From: Acidilobaceae archaeon
GTDB taxonomy: Archaea > Thermoproteota > Thermoprotei_A > Sulfolobales > Acidilobaceae
DNA: 64,000 nucleotides
Direction: 5' to 3'
Assembly: GCA_038897215.1 (NCBI GenBank)
Contig: JAWAWX010000001.1
Span: forward strand, 608,001-672,000
In this document: piece after piece, positions 47,397 to 56,864 of the stretch
Layout: every line of letters starts with the position of its first letter
Numbering within the stretch: position 1 is the first letter of the stretch
Made by a program: the position numbers and the translations under genes
The notes under the pieces: generated by a model
Databases searched by the model: none
The model's input: only the letters and a program-made list of their open reading frames with translations
Told to the model about the DNA's origin: nothing

Positions 47397-47744
47397 CTAG
47401 CCCCACTTGCCTTTCTTCATGTGGACCTCTAGCTCAGCCTTTATCTCTTGGATCGTGAGCTCAGCGAACTCCTTCTCCTTCTGGAAGATCTTGACACACA
47501 GAGGGTCGAGATTGTCCTGGATCCCCTTCTCAGCGATCTCTCTAAGCTCTTCGAGTAAGACGAGAGCCCTCATGTGGAGAGTATTCGTCAACCTAGACCT
47601 CAAAACTAGCTGAGCCTCGTTCTCCGATAGCTCAGCGAATTTCTCTTTAGGAGCGCCACACCTAGGGCAACGGTCCGGAGGGCTGTCAGCCTCCAGCACT
47701 AGAGCACAAGCTTGGCACTTCCAGAACTTCGGCATGATGCTCAC
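47397..47744 (-). CDS. Rubredoxin-like domain protein (likely start ATG 47735)
   Basis: WKCQAC...PPDRCPRCGAPKEKF plus a helical C-terminus ending KKGKWG. Confidence 0.85.
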   Translation of the reverse strand: MSIMPKFWKCQACALVLEADSPPDRCPRCGAPKEKFAELSENEAQLVLRSRLTNTLHMRALVLLEELREIAEKGIQDNLDPLCVKIFQKEKEFAELTIQEIKAELEVHMKKGKWG

Positions 47745-47974
47745 TCCTCCTTCAAGTAGTCAGAGAACCCCCCTACACTCCGAATAAGCTTTTATTAATA
47801 ACTTCTCCATTACTCCACACGCCTTGAAGAGAGCGTTGAATCTCGCGTCGCGGAGGATTAGGAAGGTGGTGAGTCTGAGAGGCTCGGAGACACGCTAGCC
47901 ACGTGGTATCTATAGTGTAGCAGACTGGCATGTATTGAGAAAAAGCTAGCTGTATGGCTTACGGTGGAGTAATT

Positions 47975-47987
47975 AAGCTTAAAAAGG
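47975..47987 (+). promoter_or_regulatory. TATA-like promoter of the tRNA
   Basis: AAGCTTAAAAAGG ~25-30 bp upstream of the tRNA 5' end. Confidence 0.55.
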
Positions 47988-48008
47988 AGCTAGGAGAGTA
48001 GACCCAAT

Positions 48009-48083
<75 letters not shown>

Positions 48084-48206
48084 CTACGTGGTCGAGTTGT
48101 CTCTCTACGAGGCTGACTCACAGCTCTCGAGAGTATCTATGGCGGCTTCAGGGCTTGCTCGAAGGTGTTCTCGTATAGCTGTAGGCCCTATGCTCTAGTC
48201 TTAGTT

Positions 48207-48818
48207 CTAGCTCTTGGTCTGCCTCGTCTCCGATAGTATCGCTTCAGCTGTCTTCTCGTCTAGTAGCCCGCGTTTCGCCAGGCACTCCACCACGTCGGCT
48301 ATAGTGGCTACAGCGTGTAGCTTGACTCCTGCTTTCTCCAGGTTTTCTCGAGCTCCCTGAAGCCTGTCTAGTATCACTAGCGCTGCCTCTACTCTACACA
48401 CTCCGCTATCTCTCAGCGTTCTAGCCGCTCTCTCTATCGTGCCGCCCGTGGTCGCTACGTCGTCTACGAGTATGCACCTAGTCTCCTCGCCTTCGAGAAG
48501 CCCCTCTACGCTGCTCCTAGTCCCGTGCTCTTTCACCTCGCTCCTAGCGTAGGCTAGCTTCTTCCCCGATAGTAGAGCTATGGCTGTAGCCCACGGTATC
48601 CCGGCTGTAGCCAAGCCGACCACGGTCTCGTAGGGCTCTAGCTCTCTAGCCTTGTCTAGTAGCATCTCGACTGTTCTCGAGAAAGACTCTGGGTCTCCCA
48701 GAAGCCTCCTCAGGTCTAGGTAGAATCTGCTCTTCCTGCCTGAGGTTAGAGTGAACTCTCCCACCATTAGAGCTCTACGCTCAACCATCGCTTCAGCGAG
48801 CTCACAGACTCTACTCAC
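48207..48818 (-). CDS. pyrE: Orotate phosphoribosyltransferase
   Basis: F.LTSGRKS.FYLDLR; ILVDDVATTGGT. Confidence 0.95.
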   Translation of the reverse strand: MSRVCELAEAMVERRALMVGEFTLTSGRKSRFYLDLRRLLGDPESFSRTVEMLLDKARELEPYETVVGLATAGIPWATAIALLSGKKLAYARSEVKEHGTRSSVEGLLEGEETRCILVDDVATTGGTIERAARTLRDSGVCRVEAALVILDRLQGARENLEKAGVKLHAVATIADVVECLAKRGLLDEKTAEAILSETRQTKS

Positions 48819-49492
48819 TCAAGCTCGCCCCGGAGAGCTCTCTCGTGCTCTAGATTGATAAACCTGACTGCCTCCAGGGGGTCTCGAGAGCCCCAGATGC
48901 TCCTACCCACTATCTCGTAGTCTGCCCCCGCTCTCAGAGCGTCGCCAGGCCTAGCTCCCTGAGCCCCGATCCCGGGCGAGAGTATCCTAGCCGCAGGCAG
49001 TCTGCTCCTAGCGACCCTTATCATAGCCGGTCTGGTAGCCGGAGCCACCAGACCCCACGGCTTTAGAGCCTCTGCCACGGCTAGAGTCTTCTCTATATTC
49101 TCATCTATTATCTCGGAGCTTCCCGGATGACTCATAGAGACGACTAGAGCCAAGTCTATACCTTTCGAGTCTAGGAAAGCCTTCAGCTCATCGAGAGCCC
49201 CGGCTCTCCCCACGAATGCGTGAGCTATCACAGCATCAACGAACTCAGCAATAGGCTCCACGCTTCTAACCATCACGTGAGCCACGTCGGCTAGCTTGAA
49301 GTCCGCTATAACCCTAGCCCTGCAAGCTCTCCTAAGAGATCGCAAGCCCTGAATCCCGTAGAGGACCATGAAGGGGAGCCCGATCTTCAAGCCATAGACC
49401 TCACTACACACAGCTGAAACTATTGGGAGAAGAGGCTCGAGGCTAACCCCTCTTTCGGGGTCTAGAGCGACTATCAGCCTGCTTTCTCTCAA
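48815..49492 (-). CDS. pyrF: Orotidine-5'-phosphate decarboxylase
   Basis: DFKLAD, MSHPG, SPGIGAQG, IVGRSI. Confidence 0.95.
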   Translation of the reverse strand: MRESRLIVALDPERGVSLEPLLPIVSAVCSEVYGLKIGLPFMVLYGIQGLRSLRRACRARVIADFKLADVAHVMVRSVEPIAEFVDAVIAHAFVGRAGALDELKAFLDSKGIDLALVVSMSHPGSSEIIDENIEKTLAVAEALKPWGLVAPATRPAMIRVARSRLPAARILSPGIGAQGARPGDALRAGADYEIVGRSIWGSRDPLEAVRFINLEHERALRGELE

Positions 49493-49538
49493 CTCTCTTC
49501 CTCCAAGAGCTCTCTTCGAGCTTGCGAGCTAATTAAGT

Positions 49539-50051
49539 GTGAGAAGCCGAGAGAGCCTGCGAGGCGGAGAGGGGTTGGAGGAGGGGGGGAGGGAGCTCCT
49601 AGTAAGGAAGATTAGAGACGGGATAGTGGTAGATCACATAACGGCAGGCAGAGCTCTCCAAGTCTTAAGGCTACTAGGGCTAGAGAACTCGGGCTTGACT
49701 ATGGCTATAGTGATGAATGTTGAGAGCAAGAAACTCGGGAGAAAGGATATAGTGAAGGTTGAGGGCTTCTATCTAGACGTAGACCAGATCAACAAGATCA
49801 GCTTGATAGCTCCGAGAGCCACGATCAACGTGGTGAAGGACTGGAGAGTAGTGGAGAAGAAGAGAGTAGAGCCTCCTCAGCTCGTCGAGGGGATCCTTAG
49901 ATGCCCTAACCCGACCTGTATCTCGAGGAAAGAGGGGGAGCCCGCGACTCCCAAGTTCAAGCTGGTCTCTCGCGAGCCTCTCGAGTATCAGTGTATCTAC
50001 TGTGATACGAGAGTGAGGGAGGAAGAGATTGCTAAATACATCTCAGGATAG
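49539..50051 (+). CDS. pyrI: Aspartate carbamoyltransferase regulatory chain (start may be ~49575)
   Basis: IRDGIVVDHI, KDIVKVEG, CPNPTC...CIYC. Confidence 0.95.
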   Translation: MRSRESLRGGEGLEEGGRELLVRKIRDGIVVDHITAGRALQVLRLLGLENSGLTMAIVMNVESKKLGRKDIVKVEGFYLDVDQINKISLIAPRATINVVKDWRVVEKKRVEPPQLVEGILRCPNPTCISRKEGEPATPKFKLVSREPLEYQCIYCDTRVREEEIAKYISG

Positions 50052-51321
50052 CCTGCTCGTATGCGGAGACGTGCTAGCAGACTCTAGGAGAGTAGTGAGA
50101 GACGCGTGTGTAGAGATATCCGGTGGGGTTATTCTCGGAGTCAAGAGGAGAGAGGGGGGAGGTCTAGACTTCAGGGGAGAGAATAGCATAGTACTCCCCG
50201 GTCTCATAGACATGCACGTCCACCTCAGAGGGCTAGAGCTTTCCTACAAGGAGGACGAGGCCTCGGGGACTCTAGCGGCTCTCAGAGGCTGCCTGACGGG
50301 GGTAGTAGACATGCCTAACACCAAGCCCCCTCTCTCTACCCCCGAGGCTCTCGAAGCGAAGCTTAGAGCTCTCTCCGAGAACAGCTACGTAGACTACTCG
50401 GTCTACGCCGGGGTCCCCAGCAGGCCTGAGCTCGTGAGGAAGCTAGCCGAGAAGCCTATAGTAGGCTTCAAGATATACCCGGAGGACTTCGAGAAAGAGA
50501 GCTCTCTCTGCGAGGTGCTTAGAGAAGCTGAGAGACGCGGTCTCCTAGTAGTTCTCCACGCAGAGCACCCACTACTCATCAGAGCTCCAGACTACGGCTA
50601 CGATAGGAGACTCTATAGGAGCTGCGTGGCTGAAGAACTCGCGGTCTTGGAGATAGCAGAGCTCACTGAGAGATGTCGCGCGAAGCCCAGAATCCATGTC
50701 ACACACGTCTCCTGCTATAGGACGCTAGAGCTAGCCAAGAGTCTCGGCTTCACTGTAGACGTGACACCACACCACCTCCTATTCTCTCAAGAAGAGGCCC
50801 CCTACCTCTTCTCTCCCTACTGCGAATCCAAGGTGAATCCTCCTCTGAGAGATGCTCACGAGAAGAGCAAGCTGTGGATAGGCGTGTTCAGCGGTCTCGT
50901 AGACGCGCTAGCGAGCGACCACGCTCCTCACGCGTTCTCAGAGAAGACGTCTCTAGACCCTTCTCTCTGTAGCCCGGGCTTCTCGAGCATAGAGGCGTGG
51001 CCTGGGGTTATGGCTAGAGTCTTCTACGGAATAGGTGCTATCGAACTCTTCGCTAGACTAGCTTCAGAAAACCCGGCTAAGATATTGGGGCTGGGTGGTT
51101 GCTTCGGCTTCGAGAAGGGGTGTGTAGCCTCTCTTTCTGTTTTCAGAGAGTCTATCACGAGAGACCCCATGGCTTACACTAAAGCAAGAGTCTCCCCATA
51201 CTCTAGCTTAGAGAGGCTGGAATGCCTAGCTGTCATCGTGAGAGGGAGGCTCGCTATGCTGAAAGGGAGGCTGGAGGCCTCTAGAGGCTCTGGCTTCAAT
51301 CTAGCACTATCGAGACCCTAG
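50029..51321 (+). CDS. pyrC: Dihydroorotase
   Basis: [36 protein letters not shown]. Confidence 0.93.
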   Translation: MLNTSQDSLLVCGDVLADSRRVVRDACVEISGGVILGVKRREGGGLDFRGENSIVLPGLIDMHVHLRGLELSYKEDEASGTLAALRGCLTGVVDMPNTKPPLSTPEALEAKLRALSENSYVDYSVYAGVPSRPELVRKLAEKPIVGFKIYPEDFEKESSLCEVLREAERRGLLVVLHAEHPLLIRAPDYGYDRRLYRSCVAEELAVLEIAELTERCRAKPRIHVTHVSCYRTLELAKSLGFTVDVTPHHLLFSQEEAPYLFSPYCESKVNPPLRDAHEKSKLWIGVFSGLVDALASDHAPHAFSEKTSLDPSLCSPGFSSIEAWPGVMARVFYGIGAIELFARLASENPAKILGLGGCFGFEKGCVASLSVFRESITRDPMAYTKARVSPYSSLERLECLAVIVRGRLAMLKGRLEASRGSGFNLALSRP

Positions 51322-52244
51322 CTCTCGCCAAGTATGCCTAGCAAGAGAGCCATCCTCAGAGGCACGCCTAGCCTGGCTTGGAGAAAGTATGCAGCGAACG
51401 GGCTATAGTCGATCCTAGGGTCTATCTCGTCCACCTTTGGCAATGGGTGTAGAACCTTGAGGTCTGGCTTAGCCTCTCTAGCGAGGACATCAAAGTCTAT
51501 CCTGTAGCTACCACGTACTCTCTCGTACTCCTCGGGGTCAGCGAATCTCTCCTTCTGTATCCTGGTCACGTACATGACGTCGAGCTCTCCAAGCACTAGA
51601 GCGTAATCGGAGACCTCCCTGTACGCTACTCCCCTCTCTCTAAGCACCTCGAGTATCTCCTGGCGTGCTCTAAGCTGCGGGGGGGAGATTAGGTAGACTA
51701 GTCTGGGCTTGAATATCGTTAAGCCGAGGAGGAAGCTGGCTGCTGCTCTGCTATACTTCAGGTCCCCTACTACTCCCACCGTGAGGTCTCCTACGTCTCC
51801 CTTGAGCACTCTAAGCGTGTACAAGTCTAGCATCGCTTGAGTCGGGTGGTGGTGTTTCCCGTCGCCCGCGTTTATCACGGGGTTCTCGGCGATCTCCGCT
51901 GCTAGTCTAGCCGCTCCGTCGAACTTGTGTCTAACGACTATAGCGTCACTGTAAGCGTCAAGCATCCTTATAGTGTCAGCGAAGCTCTCCCCCTTAGCTA
52001 TGCTGGTAGCTTCCTCGCTAGAGAAGCCTATAGTCTCTCCTCCTAGCTTCTTGACAGCTGTCTCGAAGCTAAGCCTGGTTCTCGTAGAGGGCTCGAAGAA
52101 AGCGAGCGAAACGATCCTACCTTCTAGAGGCTTACCTCTAACTCCCTTCTTTCTAATCTCATCAGCAGTGTTGAAGAGCTCCTCTAACTCCTCTCGGCTG
52201 AAGTCTAAGATGGTGATGACGTCTCTTCTTCTAAGAAACACCAA
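51318..52244 (-). CDS. pyrB: Aspartate carbamoyltransferase catalytic chain
   Basis: [27 protein letters not shown]. Confidence 0.96.
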   Translation of the reverse strand: MVFLRRRDVITILDFSREELEELFNTADEIRKKGVRGKPLEGRIVSLAFFEPSTRTRLSFETAVKKLGGETIGFSSEEATSIAKGESFADTIRMLDAYSDAIVVRHKFDGAARLAAEIAENPVINAGDGKHHHPTQAMLDLYTLRVLKGDVGDLTVGVVGDLKYSRAAASFLLGLTIFKPRLVYLISPPQLRARQEILEVLRERGVAYREVSDYALVLGELDVMYVTRIQKERFADPEEYERVRGSYRIDFDVLAREAKPDLKVLHPLPKVDEIDPRIDYSPFAAYFLQARLGVPLRMALLLGILGES

Positions 52245-52401
52245 ACCGTACCCTCTAGTGCTGAGCCTAGTTCGAGCCTTATAGCTCTAGAAACTTGTAG
52301 AGTCCGCCAATTCCCCTCAGAGCCTCCTGGAACATCGGCTAGCAGTCAGTGACACAGATTATTAAGCGCCTGGAACTAACTGAAACACTGGGATACAGGC
52401 T

Positions 52402-53088
52402 ATGAATAGGTCTAGAGAAGGTGTTGCTTCTAGCGTGCGCGAGGTTCTAGTCAGCAGGCCTCACCTTAGAGAGTGCCTATCCGAGGGTGTAGTCAACTAC
52501 AGTGCTTTAGCGAGAGCTATACTCAAAGACGTTAGGAGAAAGCACCCTAACGCTTCTCTCTCCGCTATAAAGATGGCCTTGATTAGAGTTAGAAGCGAAC
52601 TCTCGGAGAGCGAGACTGCTCTAAGAGAGAGACTTAGAGGAGTGCTGGGCAGGAGCGTTCTTCAAGTACAGTCAGACCTCATAGTAGTCACCATAAAGAG
52701 GCACGCGCTCCTACCCAAGATACACGATGTAGCCAAGATACTGGACTTTGCTAGATTCATGCAGATTCTTCAAGGAGTCAACACCTTCACTCTCATCATC
52801 TCAGCGGAGAATTCCGAGGAGGTGTTCAGACTCGTCGAGAGAGAAGCCGTAGTCGAGGTGATAAGAGACCAAGCAGCAATCATAATAATAAGCCCGAGAG
52901 AGATCGTCGAGACCCCTGGAATAATAGCGTTCATCACTTCACTTTTATACGAGAACAATGTGAACATAACTCAGATAGTCTCGTGCCATGATGAGACGAT
53001 AATCTTAGTGTCCTCATCAGAGGTCACTAGAGCATTCCAAGTACTCGACCAGCTAATTAGAGCCATGAGAACCCAGAGTTCCACTTGA
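52402..53088 (+). CDS. HTH + ACT domain protein, putative amino-acid-responsive regulator
   Basis: GVVNYSALAR..AIKMAL N-terminus; C-terminal ACT domain (TPGIIAFI...L.ENNVNI). Confidence 0.8.
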   Translation: MNRSREGVASSVREVLVSRPHLRECLSEGVVNYSALARAILKDVRRKHPNASLSAIKMALIRVRSELSESETALRERLRGVLGRSVLQVQSDLIVVTIKRHALLPKIHDVAKILDFARFMQILQGVNTFTLIISAENSEEVFRLVEREAVVEVIRDQAAIIIISPREIVETPGIIAFITSLLYENNVNITQIVSCHDETIILVSSSEVTRAFQVLDQLIRAMRTQSST

Positions 53089-53175
53089 AACTCTATTCTC
53101 GAGCTATGAAACCTATTTGTTACAAAAGGAATAAATAAGTTACTCTCCCAGAGGGTTCGACGTAGGGGTCGAGCT

Positions 53176-54354
53176 TTGAGAGTAGTCCTAGCTTTCTCCG
53201 GCGGGCTCGACACGTCAGTAATCCTCAAGCTACTCCAGGAAAGACTAGGAGCGGAAGTGGTCACAGTCACTGTAGATGTGGGTCAGCAAGACGACTTCGA
53301 GGCTATCGAGGAGAAAGCGCTCAAGCTTGGAGCCGTGAGACACTACTACATAGACGCTAGGCGGGAGTTCGCCGAGAACTACGTGTTCAAAGCGATCAAA
53401 GCCAACGCTCTCTATGATGGAGCATACCCGCTCTCCACAGCTCTCGCTAGACCACTGATAGCAGAGAAGGTAGTCGAGGTGGCTAGAAGAGAGGGGGCTG
53501 ATGCTGTAGCTCACGGGTGCACCGGAAAGGGGAACGACCAGATTAGATTCGATATAGCGATCAAGACTCTCGCGCCACACCTCAAGATCATAGCCCCCGT
53601 GAGAGAATGGGGGCTCACTAGAAGCTGGGAGTACGAGTACGCTATGAAGCACGGGATACCCGTGAGAGAGAAGGTCTACAGCATAGACGAGAACCTGTGG
53701 GGTAGGTCCATAGAGTCGGGGGTTCTAGAAGACCCCAGCGTAGAGCCCCCCGAGGAGGTGTTTGAGTGGACACTGCCCCCCGATAAAGCTCCCGACACGC
53801 CAGCGTACATAGACCTAGGCTTCGAGAAAGGAGTCCCAGTGTCAATCAACGGGGAGAGGATGGAGCCAGTGAAGCTGATAACTCTCATAAACAAGATAGC
53901 TGGACTTCACGGAGTAGGGAGAATAGATATGATAGAGAACAGAGTCCTCGGGCTCAAGAGCCGCGAGGTCTACGAGGCTCCAGCAGCCACAACCATAATA
54001 ACAGCGCACAAGGAGCTAGAGAGGCTAGTGTTGACGAAGAGACTCTTAGACTTCAAGGAGCTAGTGGACTCGGAGTGGGCTAAGCTAGTCTACCAGGGCC
54101 TTTGGTTCGACCCGCTGAGGATAGCTCTCGACGCCTTCATAGACATAGCGGAGGAGACGGTGACGGGCTCTGTGAGAGTGAAGCTCCACAAGGGAGCGGC
54201 TAGGGTTGTAGGAAGGAGCTCTGAGTACTCTCTCTACGACGAGGACTTGATCTCGTACTTCAAAGACCAGCTAGACCAGAAGCTAGCAGTAGGCTTCATA
54301 GAGTTCTTCGGGCTCCAGTCGGCTAGAGCCTACAGGAAGCTCTATGCTAAATAG
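53176..54354 (+). CDS. argG: Argininosuccinate synthase
   Basis: [39 protein letters not shown]. Confidence 0.97.
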   Translation: MRVVLAFSGGLDTSVILKLLQERLGAEVVTVTVDVGQQDDFEAIEEKALKLGAVRHYYIDARREFAENYVFKAIKANALYDGAYPLSTALARPLIAEKVVEVARREGADAVAHGCTGKGNDQIRFDIAIKTLAPHLKIIAPVREWGLTRSWEYEYAMKHGIPVREKVYSIDENLWGRSIESGVLEDPSVEPPEEVFEWTLPPDKAPDTPAYIDLGFEKGVPVSINGERMEPVKLITLINKIAGLHGVGRIDMIENRVLGLKSREVYEAPAATTIITAHKELERLVLTKRLLDFKELVDSEWAKLVYQGLWFDPLRIALDAFIDIAEETVTGSVRVKLHKGAARVVGRSSEYSLYDEDLISYFKDQLDQKLAVGFIEFFGLQSARAYRKLYAK

Positions 54355-54366
54355 CGGGGGCTCTCG

Positions 54367-55731
54367 TTGTATAGAGAGAAGCTACTGGGAGTAGCTGAGG
54401 CTCTGCCTTTCACGTACATCTCCTCCATGGAGACAGATAAGCTTATAGCCTGTGAGACTCTAGAGGTTGTGAAGGCTTACTTGAAAGGGCTCGTAAAAGC
54501 GGGAGCGGTCGACGAGCAGCTAGCCTCCTCGATAGAGGCAGAGCTTCTAGAGCTCCAGAGAGACCCAAGCCCTCTCTGGAGAGAGGAGGCAGCGGATATA
54601 CACGAGGCAATAGAATCCTACCTCGTCAAAAAGCTCGGCCTCGCGGCAAGCCAGATAGCTCTAGGCAGGAGTAGAAACGACCAGGTTGCTGCTGCTCTAC
54701 GCTTGAAGACCAAGACTCTGCTCTACGAGATCCTAGCGGAGATAGCAGAGCTCAGGAGAACGGCTCTAGACCTAGCTCTATCGAACCTCGAGACCCCGAT
54801 ACCAGCGTATACTCACGAGAGACCGGCTCAAGTCTCTAGCTTAGCCCATTACCTTTCGTACTTAGACGAGATGCTAGAAGACTACGAGAGAGTCTTGTCG
54901 AGCGTGCTAGAGATAGTGGATAAGTCACCTCTAGGAGCGGGCCCCGCAGCGGGCACCATGGTCCCCATCGATAGAGCCTACGTGTCCAGCCTCCTCTTCA
55001 GAGGCTTGGTTTACAATAGCCTCTACGCTTCTGGGAGCAGAGACTTCCTCATGCTAGCAGTAGCAGTAGCCGCTAGTCTTCTCGTAGCACTGTCGAGGAT
55101 AGCCTCAGACTTGATCTACTTCTCCTCCCCCGAGGCCGGCTTCCTAGAGCTTCCGTCCTCCCACCTAGACACTAGTAGCATAATGCCTCACAAGAAGAAC
55201 CCCGTGACTCTAGAGATTATCAGAGCGAGAGCCGGAGAAGCGGTAGGCCGTTTGGCCGGCATCATGAGCATAGCTAAGGGCTTGAGGTCAGGATACAGTC
55301 TAGACTTCCAGGAGGCTAACGACGACGCTCTCTATGTCCTGATAGAGGCTAAGAGAGCTCTAGCAGTTCTGAGAGACGCTCTCTCCAAGACCCGCGTCGA
55401 CTCGGAGCGCGCTAGAAGATACCTGGAGGAGTTTCAGCCAGTAGCGGCTGAGGTAGCGGAGCTACTGGCTCTCAAGACCGGTAAGCCTTTTAGAGAAGTC
55501 TACTGGGAGATAGCTAGAGCGATCAGAGAAGAGGGAGGCTTGGAGAGAGCTCTCGAGAAAATGGAGAAGCTCTACGGTGTCAGAGTCACTGTAGACGAGG
55601 CTCTACGCAAGCCTAGCGAGGGCTCGCCCAACCCGGACTATCTCAGGAGGCGCTTGGAGAGCAGGCTCGCGGAGGCTTCTCTGAGGTCCTCCGAGCTGAG
55701 GAAGATTCTGGAGTCTGCGAGGTGTAGGTGA
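54367..55731 (+). CDS. argH: Argininosuccinate lyase
   Basis: GRSRNDQVA, SSIMPHKKNP. Confidence 0.93.
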   Translation: MYREKLLGVAEALPFTYISSMETDKLIACETLEVVKAYLKGLVKAGAVDEQLASSIEAELLELQRDPSPLWREEAADIHEAIESYLVKKLGLAASQIALGRSRNDQVAAALRLKTKTLLYEILAEIAELRRTALDLALSNLETPIPAYTHERPAQVSSLAHYLSYLDEMLEDYERVLSSVLEIVDKSPLGAGPAAGTMVPIDRAYVSSLLFRGLVYNSLYASGSRDFLMLAVAVAASLLVALSRIASDLIYFSSPEAGFLELPSSHLDTSSIMPHKKNPVTLEIIRARAGEAVGRLAGIMSIAKGLRSGYSLDFQEANDDALYVLIEAKRALAVLRDALSKTRVDSERARRYLEEFQPVAAEVAELLALKTGKPFREVYWEIARAIREEGGLERALEKMEKLYGVRVTVDEALRKPSEGSPNPDYLRRRLESRLAEASLRSSELRKILESARCR

Positions 55732-56864
55732 GAGCCGTGGAGGGCTATCTAGTGCTCGAAGACGGGCTCGTAGTCAGAGGCGAGGGCTTCGGAGCACCCG
55801 GAGTAGCCGTAGGCGAGGTCGTCTTCAGCACAGCTCAAGTAGGCTATCCCGAGAGTCTAACAGACCCATCGTATAGAGGGCAGATCCTAATCCTATCCCA
55901 CCCCATGGTTGGAAACTATGGAGTCCCCGAGAAGAGCATAACCCTCCACAAGATCCCGCTCCACTTCGAGTCCGATAGAATCCAGGTAGCCGGGCTCGTC
56001 ATCTCCACTCTAACGAGACCAAGCCACTACGCGTCAGCAATGAGCCTCGACGAGTGGCTGAGAAGAGAGGGAATCCCAGGGCTCCAGGGAGTAGATACAA
56101 GGATGCTCATAAAGAGGATCAGAGAGCGCGGCGTCATGAGAGGAGCCCTCATTGTAGGCAAGCCTCTCGAGAGCGTAGACGAGGTCCTCGAGGAGGTGAG
56201 GAGATTCGACTACGAGAGGCTCAACTTCGTGAGAGAAGTGACGGTCAAAGAGCCAGTGGTTCACAGAAACCCGCACGCGAGCAAGCGGCTAATCCTCTTA
56301 GACTTCGGCGTTAAGTATGGCATCTTGAGAGCGCTCCTAGACAAGGGATTTGAAGTAATCAGAGTCCCCTACGACTCCGACCCGCTTAGATACTACTACG
56401 AGTTCGAGGCAGACGGAGTCGTGGTAAGCAATGGCCCCGGAAACCCTAGGTATCTAGCGGAGAGCACTGACGTCTTGGAGAAGCTGAGAGCAGTCATAGA
56501 GAACGGAGTGCCGACTCTAGGCATATGTCTAGGCAACCAGCTACTATCTATGAGCCTAGGGGCTAGCGTGTTCAAGCTGAAGTACGGGCATAGAGGCATA
56601 AACAAGCCCGTCTACGACCTCAAATCAGGCTTTGGGTTCGTCACGACGCAGAACCATGGCTACGCTGTAGACCTGTCTAGCGCTAGAGGCCTCAGATTGT
56701 GGATGGTAAACATCGACGACAAGACAGTCGAAGGGTTCCTTCACGAGAGTAAGCCTGTACTAGCCGTGCAATTCCATCCAGAAGCCTCTCCGGGCCCGTG
56801 GGACTCAACGTGGGTCTTCGAATACTTCAAGAAGATCGTGGAGAAGGTGGGGAGAAGTGCCTAG
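55728..56864 (+). CDS. carA: Carbamoyl-phosphate synthase small subunit
   Basis: LTDPSY.GQ, SNGPG, GICLG, TQNHG, FHPE. Confidence 0.96.
   Translation: MRAVEGYLVLEDGLVVRGEGFGAPGVAVGEVVFSTAQVGYPESLTDPSYRGQILILSHPMVGNYGVPEKSITLHKIPLHFESDRIQVAGLVISTLTRPSHYASAMSLDEWLRREGIPGLQGVDTRMLIKRIRERGVMRGALIVGKPLESVDEVLEEVRRFDYERLNFVREVTVKEPVVHRNPHASKRLILLDFGVKYGILRALLDKGFEVIRVPYDSDPLRYYYEFEADGVVVSNGPGNPRYLAESTDVLEKLRAVIENGVPTLGICLGNQLLSMSLGASVFKLKYGHRGINKPVYDLKSGFGFVTTQNHGYAVDLSSARGLRLWMVNIDDKTVEGFLHESKPVLAVQFHPEASPGPWDSTWVFEYFKKIVEKVGRSA

Noticed and set aside
47348-47405. GGGG...CCGACCCC on the minus strand resembling a second C/D sRNA
   Set aside because: No recognisable box C
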